Shown one piece after another: positions 11,561-22,232 of a stretch of 64,000 nt of DNA; position 1 is the stretch's first letter, and every line of letters starts with the position of its first letter. The DNA is from an uncultured Chloroflexia bacterium (GTDB lineage Bacteria > Chloroflexota > Dehalococcoidia > UBA2979). Under the pieces are notes generated by a model. It had not been told where the DNA came from. It was given only the letters and a program-made list of their open reading frames with translations, and ran no database searches. The stretch spans positions 800,001 to 864,000 of the forward strand of contig CAVSIV010000001.1 of NCBI GenBank assembly GCA_963728205.1, written 5' to 3'. The position numbers were made by a program, and so were the translations under genes.

Positions 11561-12509
11561 CGAACGCCTCCAGCGGCGCGCCGCCGCGGGCGGCGAACGC
11601 GAGCGCGGCGCGCACGCGCCAGGCGTCGACGCTGAGCAGCGCAATGGCGCCGAGCACGACCTCGGCGTCGCCGAGCGTGCCGCGCAGGCAGCCCGCCGCG
11701 TCCTGCTCGACATACCGCCACCAGCGCGACTCGGCGATCCAGAGGTCGCGCGGGTCGGCGATGCCGTCGAGCACCCACTCGAGCGCGCGCGGCTGCTGCT
11801 GTGCGAGTGCCGGCACGGAGGCGGGGTCGTCCCACCCGGCGCCGAGCGCGTGGAGATGGAGGACGGCGTCGTCGTCAGGGCGGCGGGCGTCGAGGAAGCG
11901 GTCGGCGGCCGCGTGGACCAGCGCGCGCGCGGCGGCCCAGCGGCGCGCGCGCCCCCCGTGGCGTGCGAGGCGCTCGGCGAGGCGCAGGCGCAGCGCGGCG
12001 ATGATGTCGGCTGGGCGCGCGGAGCCGGGGTCGCCCCAGGCGGAGACCGCGAGCACGGCGCGCAGCTCGGGGATCGAGCGCGCGGCAGCGGCGCGCGGCC
12101 AGGCGTCGCCCAGGGGATCGAGCGAGAACGGGCGGGGCGGAGCGCCGCCGGCAAAGACGAGGAGGCGGCCCTCGAGGTTCGCCAGCTCCCAGCGCGCGAC
12201 GAGGTCGCGCACGAGCGACCCGGCGCCGGGCGGGAGCCAGCCGGCCACCTGCTGGAGCTGGATGAGCACGGCGCCGGAGACCGCCTGCTGGGCGTCGCGC
12301 AGCGACATGCCGTCGTGGACGGCGCGGCGGTAGGGGGTGGCGGCGAGGGCCGCGAGCGCGGCGTCGAGCGACGGCTCGCGCGCGATGCGGCGGGCGCCCC
12401 CGCGGCCGAGGCGCCGGCGCGCGAGGAGTCGCGCGCGGATGCCGCCCGCGACCCAGCCGGCGCTGGTGTCGCGGAACGCCGCGGCGCCGGGGCTGCCGGG
12501 CGTGATCAC
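11547..12509 (-). CDS. V/A-type ATP synthase subunit C/d-like
   Basis: WVAGGIRARLL, L..TPY, WELANLE motifs; overlaps both neighbours in the operon. Confidence 0.7.
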
Positions 12510-12967
12510 GGCGCGCGCTCCTCGCCAGCCGCGGGCACGGGCGGCTCGCGCAGCAGCGCGAGCGCGGCGTCGACGAGCGCCGGCAGCCGTTCGGCCGAGA
12601 CGCGGCGGATGCGCTCCGCCTCGCGATCCGCCTCGGCGCGGAGACGCTCGGACTCCACGCTGCGTTCCTCCATGCGCAACTGCATCGCCTCGGCCCGGGC
12701 GCGTCCGGCGCGCTCGCGGGCATCGCCGCGGAGAGCGGCCACGGCCGCGTCTGCGGCGGCGTGTCGACGGTCGGCGGCCGCGTGCGCGGCGGCGATGGCG
12801 CGGTCGGCCTCGTCGTCGACGGCGTCGAGCTCGGCGAAGAGGGGCGCGAGCTCCTCGGCGAGGACTTCGCTCTCGTCGATCTCCGTGGTGGTCGACGGTG
12901 GGGGGCCACCGCCCATCAGCGCCGGCCGGCCGGCGACGCGGAGGAGGAAGTCCATCAGGTCGGGCAT
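12506..12967 (-). CDS. Coiled-coil first gene of the V-ATPase operon (putative subunit G/H)
   Basis: Ala/Glu/Arg helical composition; stop overlaps the subunit C start. Confidence 0.6.
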   Translation of the reverse strand: MPDLMDFLLRVAGRPALMGGGPPPSTTTEIDESEVLAEELAPLFAELDAVDDEADRAIAAAHAAADRRHAAADAAVAALRGDARERAGRARAEAMQLRMEERSVESERLRAEADREAERIRRVSAERLPALVDAALALLREPPVPAAGEERAP

Positions 12968-13098
12968 GCGCGTCGCCCCCGTCCTGCCTCTGCGGCACCT
13001 CTACGGTCCGGTGTCAGCGGGCGGACGTTTAGGGGCATTGGTCACCCGGTGCGGATGACAAGCGCAGGGCACGGCGCCCTCCGCTGCGGCCGAGCCGG

Positions 13099-13923
13099 TT
13101 ACGGCGTGAGGCCGTACCGATCGCCGCGCAGGCCGCGCACCGCGAGGTCCACCGTCGCCAGCCGGCGCTGGCCCTCCACGCGACCCGTGCCGCGCATGTC
13201 GCGCATCGCGACATAATCACCCAGCGCGTCCTCGAGGTGGCTCGTATAGCCCTGCATGTCCTGCGCCTTGTTCATCTCGATCTTCGAGAAACGCAGCGCG
13301 GCGGGGCTGTTCTCGGCGACCCGGCGCGCATACGCGTACGTCTCACGCTCGAGGTCGGCCGGCGCGAGCACGCGGTTCACGAAGCCGTAGCGCTCGGCGT
13401 CGGCGGCGGAGATGAAGCGGCTCTCGAAGCACAGCTCCTTCGCGCGCTTCACGCCGATGTCCCAGGGGATCGACATGTACTCGACGAACCCGGCGAGGAA
13501 GAGCGCGTCGTCGGCGGCGAACACCAGGTCCATGCACGCGGCGAGCATCCAGCCGGCGTAGATGCAGTAGCCCTCCACCATCGCGATGGTCGGCTTCGGG
13601 AAGTTCCGCCACCGCAGCAGCAAGTCGAGGTTGTACTTCTTGAACTGGTCGTACTGCTCGATGCCGGGCTCGGCGCCGAGCGACTCGCGGTACGCGGTGC
13701 CCTCGGGCGTGCCGAGATCGTGCCCGGACGAGAATGTGCCGCCGGCCCCGCGTACGACGACGACGCGCACGTCGCGGTTCGCGCCCGCCAGATCGAACGC
13801 GCCGTCGATCTCGTCGAGCAGGCGGTAGCTCTGCGCGTTGCGGTACTGCGGGCGGTTGAGCGTGATCGTCGCGATCGGGCCGTCGACCGCGTACTCGATG
13901 TCCTCGAAGCTGCCCTCGCTCAT
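13099..13923 (-). CDS. Enoyl-CoA hydratase/isomerase (crotonase) family
   Basis: ITLNRP..RNAQ, FSSGHDL, KPTIAMVEG; GGAG RBS. Confidence 0.92.
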   Translation of the reverse strand: MSEGSFEDIEYAVDGPIATITLNRPQYRNAQSYRLLDEIDGAFDLAGANRDVRVVVVRGAGGTFSSGHDLGTPEGTAYRESLGAEPGIEQYDQFKKYNLDLLLRWRNFPKPTIAMVEGYCIYAGWMLAACMDLVFAADDALFLAGFVEYMSIPWDIGVKRAKELCFESRFISAADAERYGFVNRVLAPADLERETYAYARRVAENSPAALRFSKIEMNKAQDMQGYTSHLEDALGDYVAMRDMRGTGRVEGQRRLATVDLAVRGLRGDRYGLTP

Positions 13924-14030
13924 GGTCTCCCCCGTCGTGCATGTGCATGCGCGGACCTGTCGCGGCGGCAGTCTACAGGCTGCCGCCGCGGCCGGCCCGA
14001 AGGGGAGGCAGCCGACGGGGCGCAGCGCGC

Positions 14031-14549
14031 CTAGGAGGCGCGGATGGTCGTGTGGATCACGATCACCGGCAGCGTCGTGCCGCGGATCACCTGCTCGGCG
14101 ACGCTCCCGAGGAGCGCCTGCACGATGTCGCGTCGTGCCCGCGTGCCGACGGCGATCAGGTCCGGGGCCAGCTCGTCCGCGAGGTCGAGGATGACCTCCG
14201 CGGGGTGCTCGGCCGAGCGGATGTGCGCCGTCCATCGCGTGGACGGCGGGAGATGGCGCGTGGCGAGGCCCTGGATGGTGCGCAGGTGCTCGGCGTCGAC
14301 GCGCTCCGCGGCCTGCACGACGTCCTCGGCCGGGAGGTGTCGCACGACGCTCGCCGTCGCGCCCAGCTGGTTCGAGAGCGGCGGGCCCTCGACGTGGGTA
14401 GGACCGCTCGCCGAGATCGTCTCGTGGATCTCGCGGGGGTCGATGACGCTGACGATGTCGACCGCGTCGCCGGATCCGAGGACCCTGCCGACGCCGTCGA
14501 GCACCTCGCCGCTGACGGGGCCGCCGTCGATCGCAATGAGTACGCGCAT
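14031..14549 (-). CDS. Universal stress protein
   Basis: MRVLIAIDG, DLIAVGTR, LLGSVAEQVIR...PVIVI. Confidence 0.88.
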   Translation of the reverse strand: MRVLIAIDGGPVSGEVLDGVGRVLGSGDAVDIVSVIDPREIHETISASGPTHVEGPPLSNQLGATASVVRHLPAEDVVQAAERVDAEHLRTIQGLATRHLPPSTRWTAHIRSAEHPAEVILDLADELAPDLIAVGTRARRDIVQALLGSVAEQVIRGTTLPVIVIHTTIRAS

Positions 14550-14789
14550 CGCTGCGCTCCCTCCGGGGCATCGGGGCGCGGGGCGGAGGATCACGAGGGA
14601 TCGTTTCGCGCGGCCGCCCCGCCGGGTAGAGGCGGTGGACCCGAGACGGCGGGACCAACGGGGCGACGGCCGGCTACGCGGTGCGATGCCTGCACCGCGG
14701 CGGCGTGTCTCCCTGCACCGCGGCCGCGCGCCGCCCGCGGCGCATACTGGTCGGCGGCCGCCACCCGGTCGCGCGAGAGGAGACGCCCG

Positions 14790-15086
14790 GTGCCCGACCA
14801 GTGCACCCACCTCGACACGGTCCACGACGTCACCCCGTCCAGCGACGGCTGCGAGGATTGCCTGCGCATCGGCGGGCAGTGGGTGCACCTGCGGCTGTGC
14901 ATGACCTGCGGGCACGTCGGCTGCTGCGACAGCTCGCCGCACCGCCACGCGACCGCGCACTGGCAGGCGCATCCCGACCACCCATTGATCCGCTCCTACG
15001 AGCCCGGCGAGAACTGGTGGTGGTGCTACGTCGACGAGCTGGCCTTCGAGGTGCCGGACGCGCCACCGGCGCCGTCGCATCCGTAG
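14790..15086 (+). CDS. UBP-type zinc finger protein
   Basis: CTHL..V...TP...GCEDC...WVHLRLC..CGHVGCCDSS..RHAT.H, WWWCYVDE. Confidence 0.92.
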   Translation: MPDQCTHLDTVHDVTPSSDGCEDCLRIGGQWVHLRLCMTCGHVGCCDSSPHRHATAHWQAHPDHPLIRSYEPGENWWWCYVDELAFEVPDAPPAPSHP

Positions 15087-15142
15087 ACCGCCGCGGCGCG
15101 GGCGACCTGCGGTCGACCGGGCGACGCGCGTCTCGGATACTC

Positions 15143-16111
15143 ATGCGCATGCCCGACCTCTCGATGCGCGACCTCCTGCGCGAGTCGCCCGTGCGGCTCG
15201 CACCGATGGCGGCGTTCACCAACGCGCCCTTCCGCGCGATCGCGCGACGCTGCGGGAGCGGCTTCACGACGAACGAGGAGATCGACGCCGACGCGCTGCT
15301 GCGCGACAACACGCGCACGGCCGTGATCGCGCAGACGTTCCCGGGCGAGGGAGTCGTCGCGATGCAGCTCCTCGGCGCGAGCGCCGCGACGCTCGTGCCG
15401 GCCGCCGAGCGGCTGGTCGCCGACGGCGCGCCGATCATCGACGTCAACATGGGCTGCCCCGTGCCGAAGGTCGTCCGCAAGGGGAAGGGCGCCGCGCTGA
15501 TGTGCGACGTGTCGCGGACCGCGCGCATCCTCGCGGCACTGCGGCGCGCGATCGACGTTCCGCTCACCATCAAGATCCGTGGCGGCTGGAGCGCCGACCA
15601 GATCAACGCGGTCGAGGTCGCGCGCATGGCGCAGGACGTCGGCGTCGACGCCATCACCGTCCACCCGCGTTCGCGCTCGCAGCGCTACGCCGGCCGAGCG
15701 CCGTGGGACGTGATCGCCGACGTGGTGGCCGCCGTCGACATCCCCGTGACGGGCAACGGCGACGTGGCTTCGCTCCGGGAGGCGCGGCGGATGATGGTGG
15801 AGACCGGCTGCGCCTCGGTGATGATCGGGCGCGGTGCGCTCGGCCGCCCGTGGGTGTTCGACGCCGCCCACGACGCCCTGGAGCCGGATGCGCGTGCGGC
15901 GCGCGAGGCGTGCGTGCTCGCGGAGCACCTCGATCTGATCGAGGCGTGGCTGCCGCCGAAGGAAGCGCTGATCCAGGCGAAGAAGCAGGTCGCCGCGTAC
16001 ACGGCCGGCGCGCCGGGCGCGCGCGAATTGCGCGCGCGCATCTTCGCGCAGCCAACGGTGGCGGCGGTGCGCCAGGAGCTCGCTTCGAGCGGCGTCCGGC
16101 GAGGATGCTGA
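15143..16111 (+). CDS. dusB: tRNA-dihydrouridine synthase (DusB-like)
   Basis: LAPMA, DVNMGCPVPKV, GAALM, TIKIR.GW, VH.R, GNGDV, VMIGRG. Confidence 0.88.
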   Translation: MRMPDLSMRDLLRESPVRLAPMAAFTNAPFRAIARRCGSGFTTNEEIDADALLRDNTRTAVIAQTFPGEGVVAMQLLGASAATLVPAAERLVADGAPIIDVNMGCPVPKVVRKGKGAALMCDVSRTARILAALRRAIDVPLTIKIRGGWSADQINAVEVARMAQDVGVDAITVHPRSRSQRYAGRAPWDVIADVVAAVDIPVTGNGDVASLREARRMMVETGCASVMIGRGALGRPWVFDAAHDALEPDARAAREACVLAEHLDLIEAWLPPKEALIQAKKQVAAYTAGAPGARELRARIFAQPTVAAVRQELASSGVRRGC

Positions 16112-16191
16112 GGGCGCGCAGCGAGGAGCGTGCGCACGCGGCGTGACGCTCAGCGCCTTGACCAGGCGCCGCTCGAAGCAACCTCTGCTCG

Positions 16192-18015
16192 CTAGAACGC
16201 CTCCGCCGGCATCGCCAGCATGCTCTCGCCGCCCGCGCGCACCTTCGCGACCAGCGACTGCACGTCGGGCAGCATGCGGTCCATGAAGAACCGCGCCAGT
16301 GCCAGCTTGCGCTCGTAGAAGTCCGCGTTCGCCGGGCGCTCCGCGAGGCGCGACTGCGCGACCTCGGCCATGCGCCCCCACATCAGGCCGAGCGCGAGCA
16401 GCCCCAGCGCGCGCAGGTAGTCGCTCGCCGCCGCGCCGGCTTCGTCCGGGTTCGCCATGCCGCGCTGTGCGATGAACATCGTCGCCTCGCGCGCCTGGCC
16501 CAGCGCGACCGCCAGCGGCGCGACGTACCGCTCCAGCGATGCGTCGCCGTTGTGCTGCTCGACGAACGCCGCCACCGGCCCGAAGAGCTCGTTGCCAAGC
16601 GCGTTGCGCAGCTTGCGGCCGACGAGGTCCATCGCCTGCACGCCGTTCGTGCCCTCGTAGATCATCGCGATGCGGGCGTCGCGGACGAACTGCTCCATGC
16701 CCATCTCGCGGATGTAGCCGTAGCCGCCGAAGCACTGCATGGCGAGGTTCGTCGACTCGAATCCCATGTCGGTGAGGTACGCCTTGAAGACCGGCGTGAG
16801 GAACTGGAGGAGGTCGTCGGCCTCCTTGCGGCGGGCGGCGTCGGGGTGCCAGCGCGCGATGTCCGTCTGCAGGAACAGCCAGGAGCCGAGCGCGCGGGCG
16901 CCCTCGACGAACGCGCGCGCGGTCATCAGCATCCGGCGGACGTCCGGGTGCGCGATGATCGGGTCCGCCGGCTGGTCGGGCGCCTGCGCGCCGCTCGGCG
17001 CGCGGCCCTGCAGGCGCTCGCGCGCGTAGGCCGCCGCGTTCTGGTACGCGACCTCCGCGAGCGCGACGCCCTGCTGGCCGACGCCGATGCGCGCGACGTT
17101 CATCATCGTGAACATCTGGCGCAGGCCGCCGCCCGCCGGGGCACCGCCGCCCTCGCCCGCGCCCGCGCCCCCGGCCTCGTCCCCGACGAGGTAGCCGACC
17201 GCGCCGTCGTAGTTCATGACGCAGGTCGCGTTGCCGTGGATGCCCATCTTCTCCTCGATGGACCCGGCCTGGACGGCGTTGCGCTCGCCCAGCGTCCCGT
17301 CGGCGTTCACGAGGAACTTCGGCACGATGAAGAGGCTGATGCCGCGCGTGCCCTCGGGCGCGCCGGGGATGCGCGCCAGCACCAGGTGCACGATGTTCGC
17401 GGCGAGGTTGTGCTCGCCGGCGGAGATGAAGATCTTCGTCCCCGTGATCCGGTACGTGCCGTCGCCCGCCGGCTCCGCGCGCGTCTTCAGCAGCGCGAGG
17501 TCGGTGCCGGCCTGCGGCTCGGTGAGGTTCATCGTCCCGGTCCACTCGCCGGTCGCGAGCTTCGCGATGAAGCGGCTGCGCAGCGCCTCGGAGCCGTGCG
17601 CGCCAATCGCCGCGTACGCGCCCTCGGTGAGCGTGGGGTACATCGAGAACGCCATGTTCCCGCTGATCAGCATCTCCGAGAATGCGGCGCCCACCGTGGC
17701 CGGCAGGCCCTGGCCGCCGTGATCGGGAGCCGTGGTGAGCGCACCCCAGCCCGACTCCACGAACTGGCGGTAGGCATCTTTGAAGCCGGTCGGCGTGGTG
17801 ACGACGCCGTCGTGGATCGTGCACCCCTCGCGGTCACCGATCGCGTTGAGCGGCGCGACGACGCCTTCGACGAAGCGCGCGCCCTCCTCGAGCACGGCGT
17901 CGGTGACCTCGCGCGGCGCACGGCCGAACGGCGGCAGGTCGGCGTACTGCTCGACGTGGAGCAGCTCGTGGAAGAGGAACTTGTAGTCGTCGACGGGAGC
18001 CCGGTAGCTCGCCAT
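16192..18015 (-). CDS. Acyl-CoA dehydrogenase (long, ~600 aa type)
   Basis: TMNLTEPQAGTDL, GTKIFIS.GEH, KMGIHGNATC, QCFGGYGY, IYEGTNGVQAMDL. Confidence 0.95.
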   Translation of the reverse strand: MASYRAPVDDYKFLFHELLHVEQYADLPPFGRAPREVTDAVLEEGARFVEGVVAPLNAIGDREGCTIHDGVVTTPTGFKDAYRQFVESGWGALTTAPDHGGQGLPATVGAAFSEMLISGNMAFSMYPTLTEGAYAAIGAHGSEALRSRFIAKLATGEWTGTMNLTEPQAGTDLALLKTRAEPAGDGTYRITGTKIFISAGEHNLAANIVHLVLARIPGAPEGTRGISLFIVPKFLVNADGTLGERNAVQAGSIEEKMGIHGNATCVMNYDGAVGYLVGDEAGGAGAGEGGGAPAGGGLRQMFTMMNVARIGVGQQGVALAEVAYQNAAAYARERLQGRAPSGAQAPDQPADPIIAHPDVRRMLMTARAFVEGARALGSWLFLQTDIARWHPDAARRKEADDLLQFLTPVFKAYLTDMGFESTNLAMQCFGGYGYIREMGMEQFVRDARIAMIYEGTNGVQAMDLVGRKLRNALGNELFGPVAAFVEQHNGDASLERYVAPLAVALGQAREATMFIAQRGMANPDEAGAAASDYLRALGLLALGLMWGRMAEVAQSRLAERPANADFYERKLALARFFMDRMLPDVQSLVAKVRAGGESMLAMPAEAF

Positions 18016-18155
18016 GGGTGTGGCCTCGCCTTCGATGCGGAACGGGCGCGCGGTGGGTTGCGCGGGGTCGCAGCGATCGTCTCACGGGGCGGTGGCGGCC
18101 CGGCACCGGGCGAACGTCCCACGGGCGGGTAGCCGAACGGCGGATCGGCCGAGGC

Positions 18156-18413
18156 TCAGCGCCAGTCCAGGAGCAGGAAGGTCGCGACCCAGAGCACGGC
18201 GCCGAGCGCCGCCGCTGCGAACAGTCCGCGCCGGGCCGCGCGTGAGAACCCGTGGCGCGACACGAATGCGAGCCACACCGCGGCGGCGGCGACGCACCAC
18301 GCGAGCGCGTGCGATGCGAAGAAGGCGGCGACGAGCGGCACCGCGGGGAAGAGCGCGAGGGCGACGAGGACGCGGCCGCGCACGCGGCGCGCGGCGCGTT
18401 GCAGTGCTGTCAC
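18156..18413 (-). CDS. Small hypothetical membrane protein (3 TM)
   Basis: Three hydrophobic segments; GGAG upstream. Confidence 0.6.
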   Translation of the reverse strand: MTALQRAARRVRGRVLVALALFPAVPLVAAFFASHALAWCVAAAAVWLAFVSRHGFSRAARRGLFAAAALGAVLWVATFLLLDWR

Positions 18414-18610
18414 GCATGTACTCCCGGAGCGTAATCGCGAGGGTACCGCTCGGCCGCGTCCGCCTCGAGCGCGCGGGGGGGTGACGACCCGTCCACCGCC
18501 CGCTCGTCCGGGCCGCCGGGGGGCCTTCGGCCCTGCCCGCGCTGCGGCCGCGCGCTCAGGATCGGATGCGGTGGCGCGGCCGGAGCGCCGCGCGGAATGC
18601 GAGTGATGTC

Positions 18611-19378
18611 ATGCAACTCGCGGCTGCCGGTGGCCGGGACGAGAGGCGCGTCGTCGCGTGGCGCGCCGCAGCGGGGTTCGTGGTCGCGGGTGCGCTCGTG
18701 ATGTTCGCGGGGCTGATGCTCGGGCCGACGCCGGGGACCGACCCGGCGGATGCGCTGCGGCGCATCGACGACACGCGCACGCTCTACGTCGCGACGAACG
18801 GCGTCGACCTCATCGGGGTGGCGCTGCTCGGCGTCGGGCTGCTGCTCGTGGCGCGGCTGCTGGCGAGCGGGGTCGATGGGGTCGCGGAGGGCGCTGTCGG
18901 CGGGGTCGCGGCCGCGGTGGGGACGACGCTCGTCGCGGTCGTCCTCGTGATCCAGACGGCCGTCGATCCCGGCATCGCGGGGCGCTTCGTGTCGGCGAGC
19001 GGCGCCGAGGCGGCGACGCAGCTCGCGGTGGGCCGCGCGTTCCTCGATTTCGAGGGCGGACTCTTCGGCATCGCGATCATGGCGGAGATGACCGGCATCG
19101 CGTGCCTGGCGGCGGGGCTCGCGCGTCAGGTCGCGCGCGGCCTTGCGCCGCACGTGGACGCGCGCGTCGCGCTGTTTGGCGCCGCGATCGCCGGGCTCGC
19201 CGCTGTCACCGGCGTCGGCTTCTTCGCCGACGGCCTCGCGTGGCTGGAGCGGATCGAGGCGTTGTGCTCGCTCGCGACGCTGGTCTGGCTCGTCGTCGCC
19301 GGCGTGCTGCTGTACCGTGCGGCCCGCGCGCCGCGGACGCCGGGCGTGGACGTGAGCCTGTCGCTCCGTGTCCGCTAG
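18611..19378 (+). CDS. Multi-pass membrane protein (DUF4386-like)
   Basis: About 6 hydrophobic helices; host-like codon usage. Confidence 0.6.
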   Translation: MQLAAAGGRDERRVVAWRAAAGFVVAGALVMFAGLMLGPTPGTDPADALRRIDDTRTLYVATNGVDLIGVALLGVGLLLVARLLASGVDGVAEGAVGGVAAAVGTTLVAVVLVIQTAVDPGIAGRFVSASGAEAATQLAVGRAFLDFEGGLFGIAIMAEMTGIACLAAGLARQVARGLAPHVDARVALFGAAIAGLAAVTGVGFFADGLAWLERIEALCSLATLVWLVVAGVLLYRAARAPRTPGVDVSLSLRVR

Positions 19379-19422
19379 TTGTCGCTCGCGCCGGCGCCTG
19401 GCGCAGCGGGAGGGCGGAGCCG

Positions 19423-19797
19423 ATGTCACGAACCCCTGAGAACGTCGTGCGCGACTTCTGCGCGGCATGGTCGCGCCGCGACGTCGACGAGATCATGGCG
19501 TACTTCGTCGACGACGCGACCTACCACAACATGCCGGGCCCGCCGGTCGGCGGCCGGGATGCCATTCGCGCCACGATCGCGCGCTTCCTCGGCGGCTGGG
19601 CGTGGACCGAGTGGGAGATCCGGTACATCGCCGCGGCCGGGCCGACGGTGCTGACGGAGCGAGTCGATCACATTCGAAGCGCCGACGGTCGCACGCTCGA
19701 TCTCCCGGTCGCCGGCGTGTTCGAGGTGGACGGCGAGCGCATCCGCGCGTGGCGCGACTACTTCGACCTCGCTACGTACCAGCGCGCGCTCGGGTAG
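19423..19797 (+). CDS. Limonene-1,2-epoxide hydrolase/SnoaL-like protein
   Basis: DA.YHNMP, VLTERVD, LPVAGVFEV, I.AWRDYFD. Confidence 0.9.
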   Translation: MSRTPENVVRDFCAAWSRRDVDEIMAYFVDDATYHNMPGPPVGGRDAIRATIARFLGGWAWTEWEIRYIAAAGPTVLTERVDHIRSADGRTLDLPVAGVFEVDGERIRAWRDYFDLATYQRALG

Positions 19798-19913
19798 GTC
19801 CGGCTGCGCGCTCGGCGGCGCACGGCGCCTAGCCGACGTGCCGGCCGCAGGTCGCGGGCGACGCGTGCACGCTTGCAATCGCGTGTGATTCGCGTTCGTG
19901 ATGCTTCGCAAAC

Positions 19914-19940
19914 TGTGACAAGACTCGGCATTTCGTCACA
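19914..19940. promoter_or_regulatory. Inverted repeat TGTGAC-N15-GTCACA upstream of the MFS gene (candidate TF site)
   Basis: Perfect 6-bp arms in an AT-richer promoter region. Confidence 0.35.
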
Positions 19941-20058
19941 TGTGGGGCGACCACGTGCGTGGTCTGCCACGTCTACGATCCGCGCACCTCCGCATCCCAC
20001 CACGCGGACGGCCCGGGCGCCGCGGCCCGGCCCGGCCGAACGGCGAGAGGAGCGATCC

Positions 20059-21453
20059 GTGGCAGAAGCCCCGCAACGTCCGTCCACCGTGGCGCGCATC
20101 GCAGCGCGCGTCGACCGGCTGCCGTTGACGCGAGTGCAGTGGGAGCTGGCGATCCTCACGCAGATCGCGTGGGGACTGATCGTGCTCGACACGGACGGCA
20201 TTCCCGCCCGGCTCTATCCGTTCATCTGGAAGCCGAACCACCTGATGACGACGTTCCAGTACGCCGTGATCCAGGCGCTCGCGGTCGGCCTCGGCATCCT
20301 CATCGGCGACTTCATCATGGGCTTCGTCGCCGACCACTTCGGCCGGCGAAGGGCGATCATCGCGTCGGCGCTGCTCGCCGGCATGTTCGTGTGGCCGTTC
20401 GCCATCGTCACGAACTACACGGGGCTGGTCATCATCTCGGTGCTGAGCACGCTCGGCGTCGGCGGCATCCTGGCGACGCACTCGGTGTACATCGCCGAGG
20501 TGACCGGGCCTGAGACGCGCAACCGCGTGATGCTCGCGTCGCAATCCACGACGGCCGCGATCGGTGTCGCGATCGGCCTGCTTGCGTTCTTCTGGATCCC
20601 GGACCACTACCACGCGTACATCTACGTCGCGGCCGGGGCGGAGATCTTCATCCTCCTGCCGCTGCTGATCTGGCGGCTCCCGGAATCGCCGCGCTGGCTC
20701 GAGGCGGTCGGCCGGCATCGCGAGGCCGAGGTGCAGATGGAGATCCTCGAGGCGCGCACGCAGGCGGCGTACGGCAAGCCGCTGCCCGAGCCGGACGCGA
20801 CCCAGCACGAGGTCGTCGACGCGGGACACCCGCTCGGGCGCTTCAAGGAGCTGATGACGCACCCGGTGTACCGCGTGCGGATCTTCCGGCAGCTCGCGGC
20901 CTGGATCCTCGGGTACGCCGGGATCATCTACGGCGCCGGGGCGTTCGTGTACGTCTACATGGTCGATCACGGCGGCAGCGCCCACTTCGTCTTCCTGATG
21001 GTGACGGTGTCGGGTCTGCTCATCTTCGTCGCATTCCACGCGAACTCGTACCTGCGCGAGCGGGTGGAGCGGAAGACGGTGATCCTGGTGGTGGCGGTGG
21101 TGTTCGCGATCCCGTACGGCGTGATGTACTTCGTGCCGACGCTGGCGGTGATCGCGATCTGCTACCTGATCGGCCGCGTGGGCGCCACGCTGTGGCTGTT
21201 CAACATGTACAACTACACATCCGTGTCGTTCCCCACGCGGCTGCGCTCCGTCGCGATGGGCACCGCGGACGGGCTCGGCCACCTGGGCGCGTGGGGCGGG
21301 GTCACGCTGCTCGGCAACCTCTACGGCGCGGGGCCGAACCACCTCGGGTGGTTCGTCTTCGTCGCGATCGCCGGCGCGCTCGCGCCGGCCGCGCTCATCT
21401 TCGGCTGGGGCATCCGCCAGAGCTCGATGGCGCTGGAGCACGTGGCGGCCTGA
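20059..21453 (+). CDS. MFS transporter
   Basis: G.VADHFGRR motif A, YIAEV, LPESPRWL, FPTRLRS; ~12 TM; GAGGAG RBS. Confidence 0.92.
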   Translation: MAEAPQRPSTVARIAARVDRLPLTRVQWELAILTQIAWGLIVLDTDGIPARLYPFIWKPNHLMTTFQYAVIQALAVGLGILIGDFIMGFVADHFGRRRAIIASALLAGMFVWPFAIVTNYTGLVIISVLSTLGVGGILATHSVYIAEVTGPETRNRVMLASQSTTAAIGVAIGLLAFFWIPDHYHAYIYVAAGAEIFILLPLLIWRLPESPRWLEAVGRHREAEVQMEILEARTQAAYGKPLPEPDATQHEVVDAGHPLGRFKELMTHPVYRVRIFRQLAAWILGYAGIIYGAGAFVYVYMVDHGGSAHFVFLMVTVSGLLIFVAFHANSYLRERVERKTVILVVAVVFAIPYGVMYFVPTLAVIAICYLIGRVGATLWLFNMYNYTSVSFPTRLRSVAMGTADGLGHLGAWGGVTLLGNLYGAGPNHLGWFVFVAIAGALAPAALIFGWGIRQSSMALEHVAA

Positions 21454-21472
21454 TCCGGCGCGCGATCAGACA

Positions 21473-21500
21473 GAACGGCGGGCCTCCAGGCCCGCCGTTC
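21473..21500. terminator. Hairpin GAACGGCGGGCCT-CC-AGGCCCGCCGTTC (probable intrinsic terminator)
   Basis: 13-bp inverted repeat ~20 nt after the MFS stop, between convergent genes. Confidence 0.7.
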
Positions 21501-21527
21501 GCGTTGTGCTGGATTACCGGGCGTCCT

Positions 21528-21626
21528 CGTCAAGCGGCGGCTGCATGCCGCCGATGCCGTCGCGGCCGTGCGGCTGGCGGCCGTGCGGCCGCCAGAGTGT
21601 CGGCGGCATGCTGCCGCCGCTTGACG
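21528..21626. repeat. REPIN-like palindromic element, copy 1
   Basis: Arms TCAAGCGGCGGCTGCATGCCGCCGA and TCGGCGGCATGCTGCCGCCGCTTGA; related copies at 56089, 59189 and 40113. Confidence 0.8.
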
Positions 21627-21649
21627 CGGGCGGCGGGGCGGGGCGTGCC

Positions 21650-22180
21650 TTAATGCGTGCCCTCGACGGCCAGCAGCGTCGGCATGCCCTGCATGCCGCG
21701 CAGCAGGTTGATCTCGCCACGGTGGCCGTTGAAGTGGCCCATCATGTGCAGCGAGATTGCCTGGCCGACGGTCTCCGTGCCGCCGCCGCGCGTCGGCATC
21801 TCGCGCTCGAGGTCGGCGTCGCCGATGCCCGCGAGGTAGGCCTCGGTCTGCGCGAAGACCGCGTCCTGGTACTCCGCGAACGCGGCCATGTCCTTGATGC
21901 GCACCTGCTGGGCGTCGTCGTCCGACATGCCCGTGCCGAAGCCCTCGCCGGGCAGGCCCGTGCGCTGCGCCCACTCTTCGCTCCACACCTGTGGCTGCTG
22001 GCGGATGCGCGCGTTGATGATCAGGTCCTCGACGCGCGCCGTGTGCCACACGCACCACGCGATCGAGTGGCTGCCGTGCTCGGGCACGAAGTGCAGCTGC
22101 TCGGGCGTGCCGTTGCGCGCGTCGCGCAGGGCGCGGTGCGCAAACTCCAGGCTGCTCTTGATGAAGTCGATCGTGCTCAT
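21650..22180 (-). CDS. DinB/YfiT family protein
   Basis: SIAWCVWH.ARVED...H...HRGEI metal-binding pattern; GAGGAGG RBS. Confidence 0.88.
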   Translation of the reverse strand: MSTIDFIKSSLEFAHRALRDARNGTPEQLHFVPEHGSHSIAWCVWHTARVEDLIINARIRQQPQVWSEEWAQRTGLPGEGFGTGMSDDDAQQVRIKDMAAFAEYQDAVFAQTEAYLAGIGDADLEREMPTRGGGTETVGQAISLHMMGHFNGHRGEINLLRGMQGMPTLLAVEGTH

Positions 22181-22232
22181 CGCGTCCTCCTCGCGTCTCG
22201 GGTCCCGCGTACCGCGTGCGGCGCGGACGGTA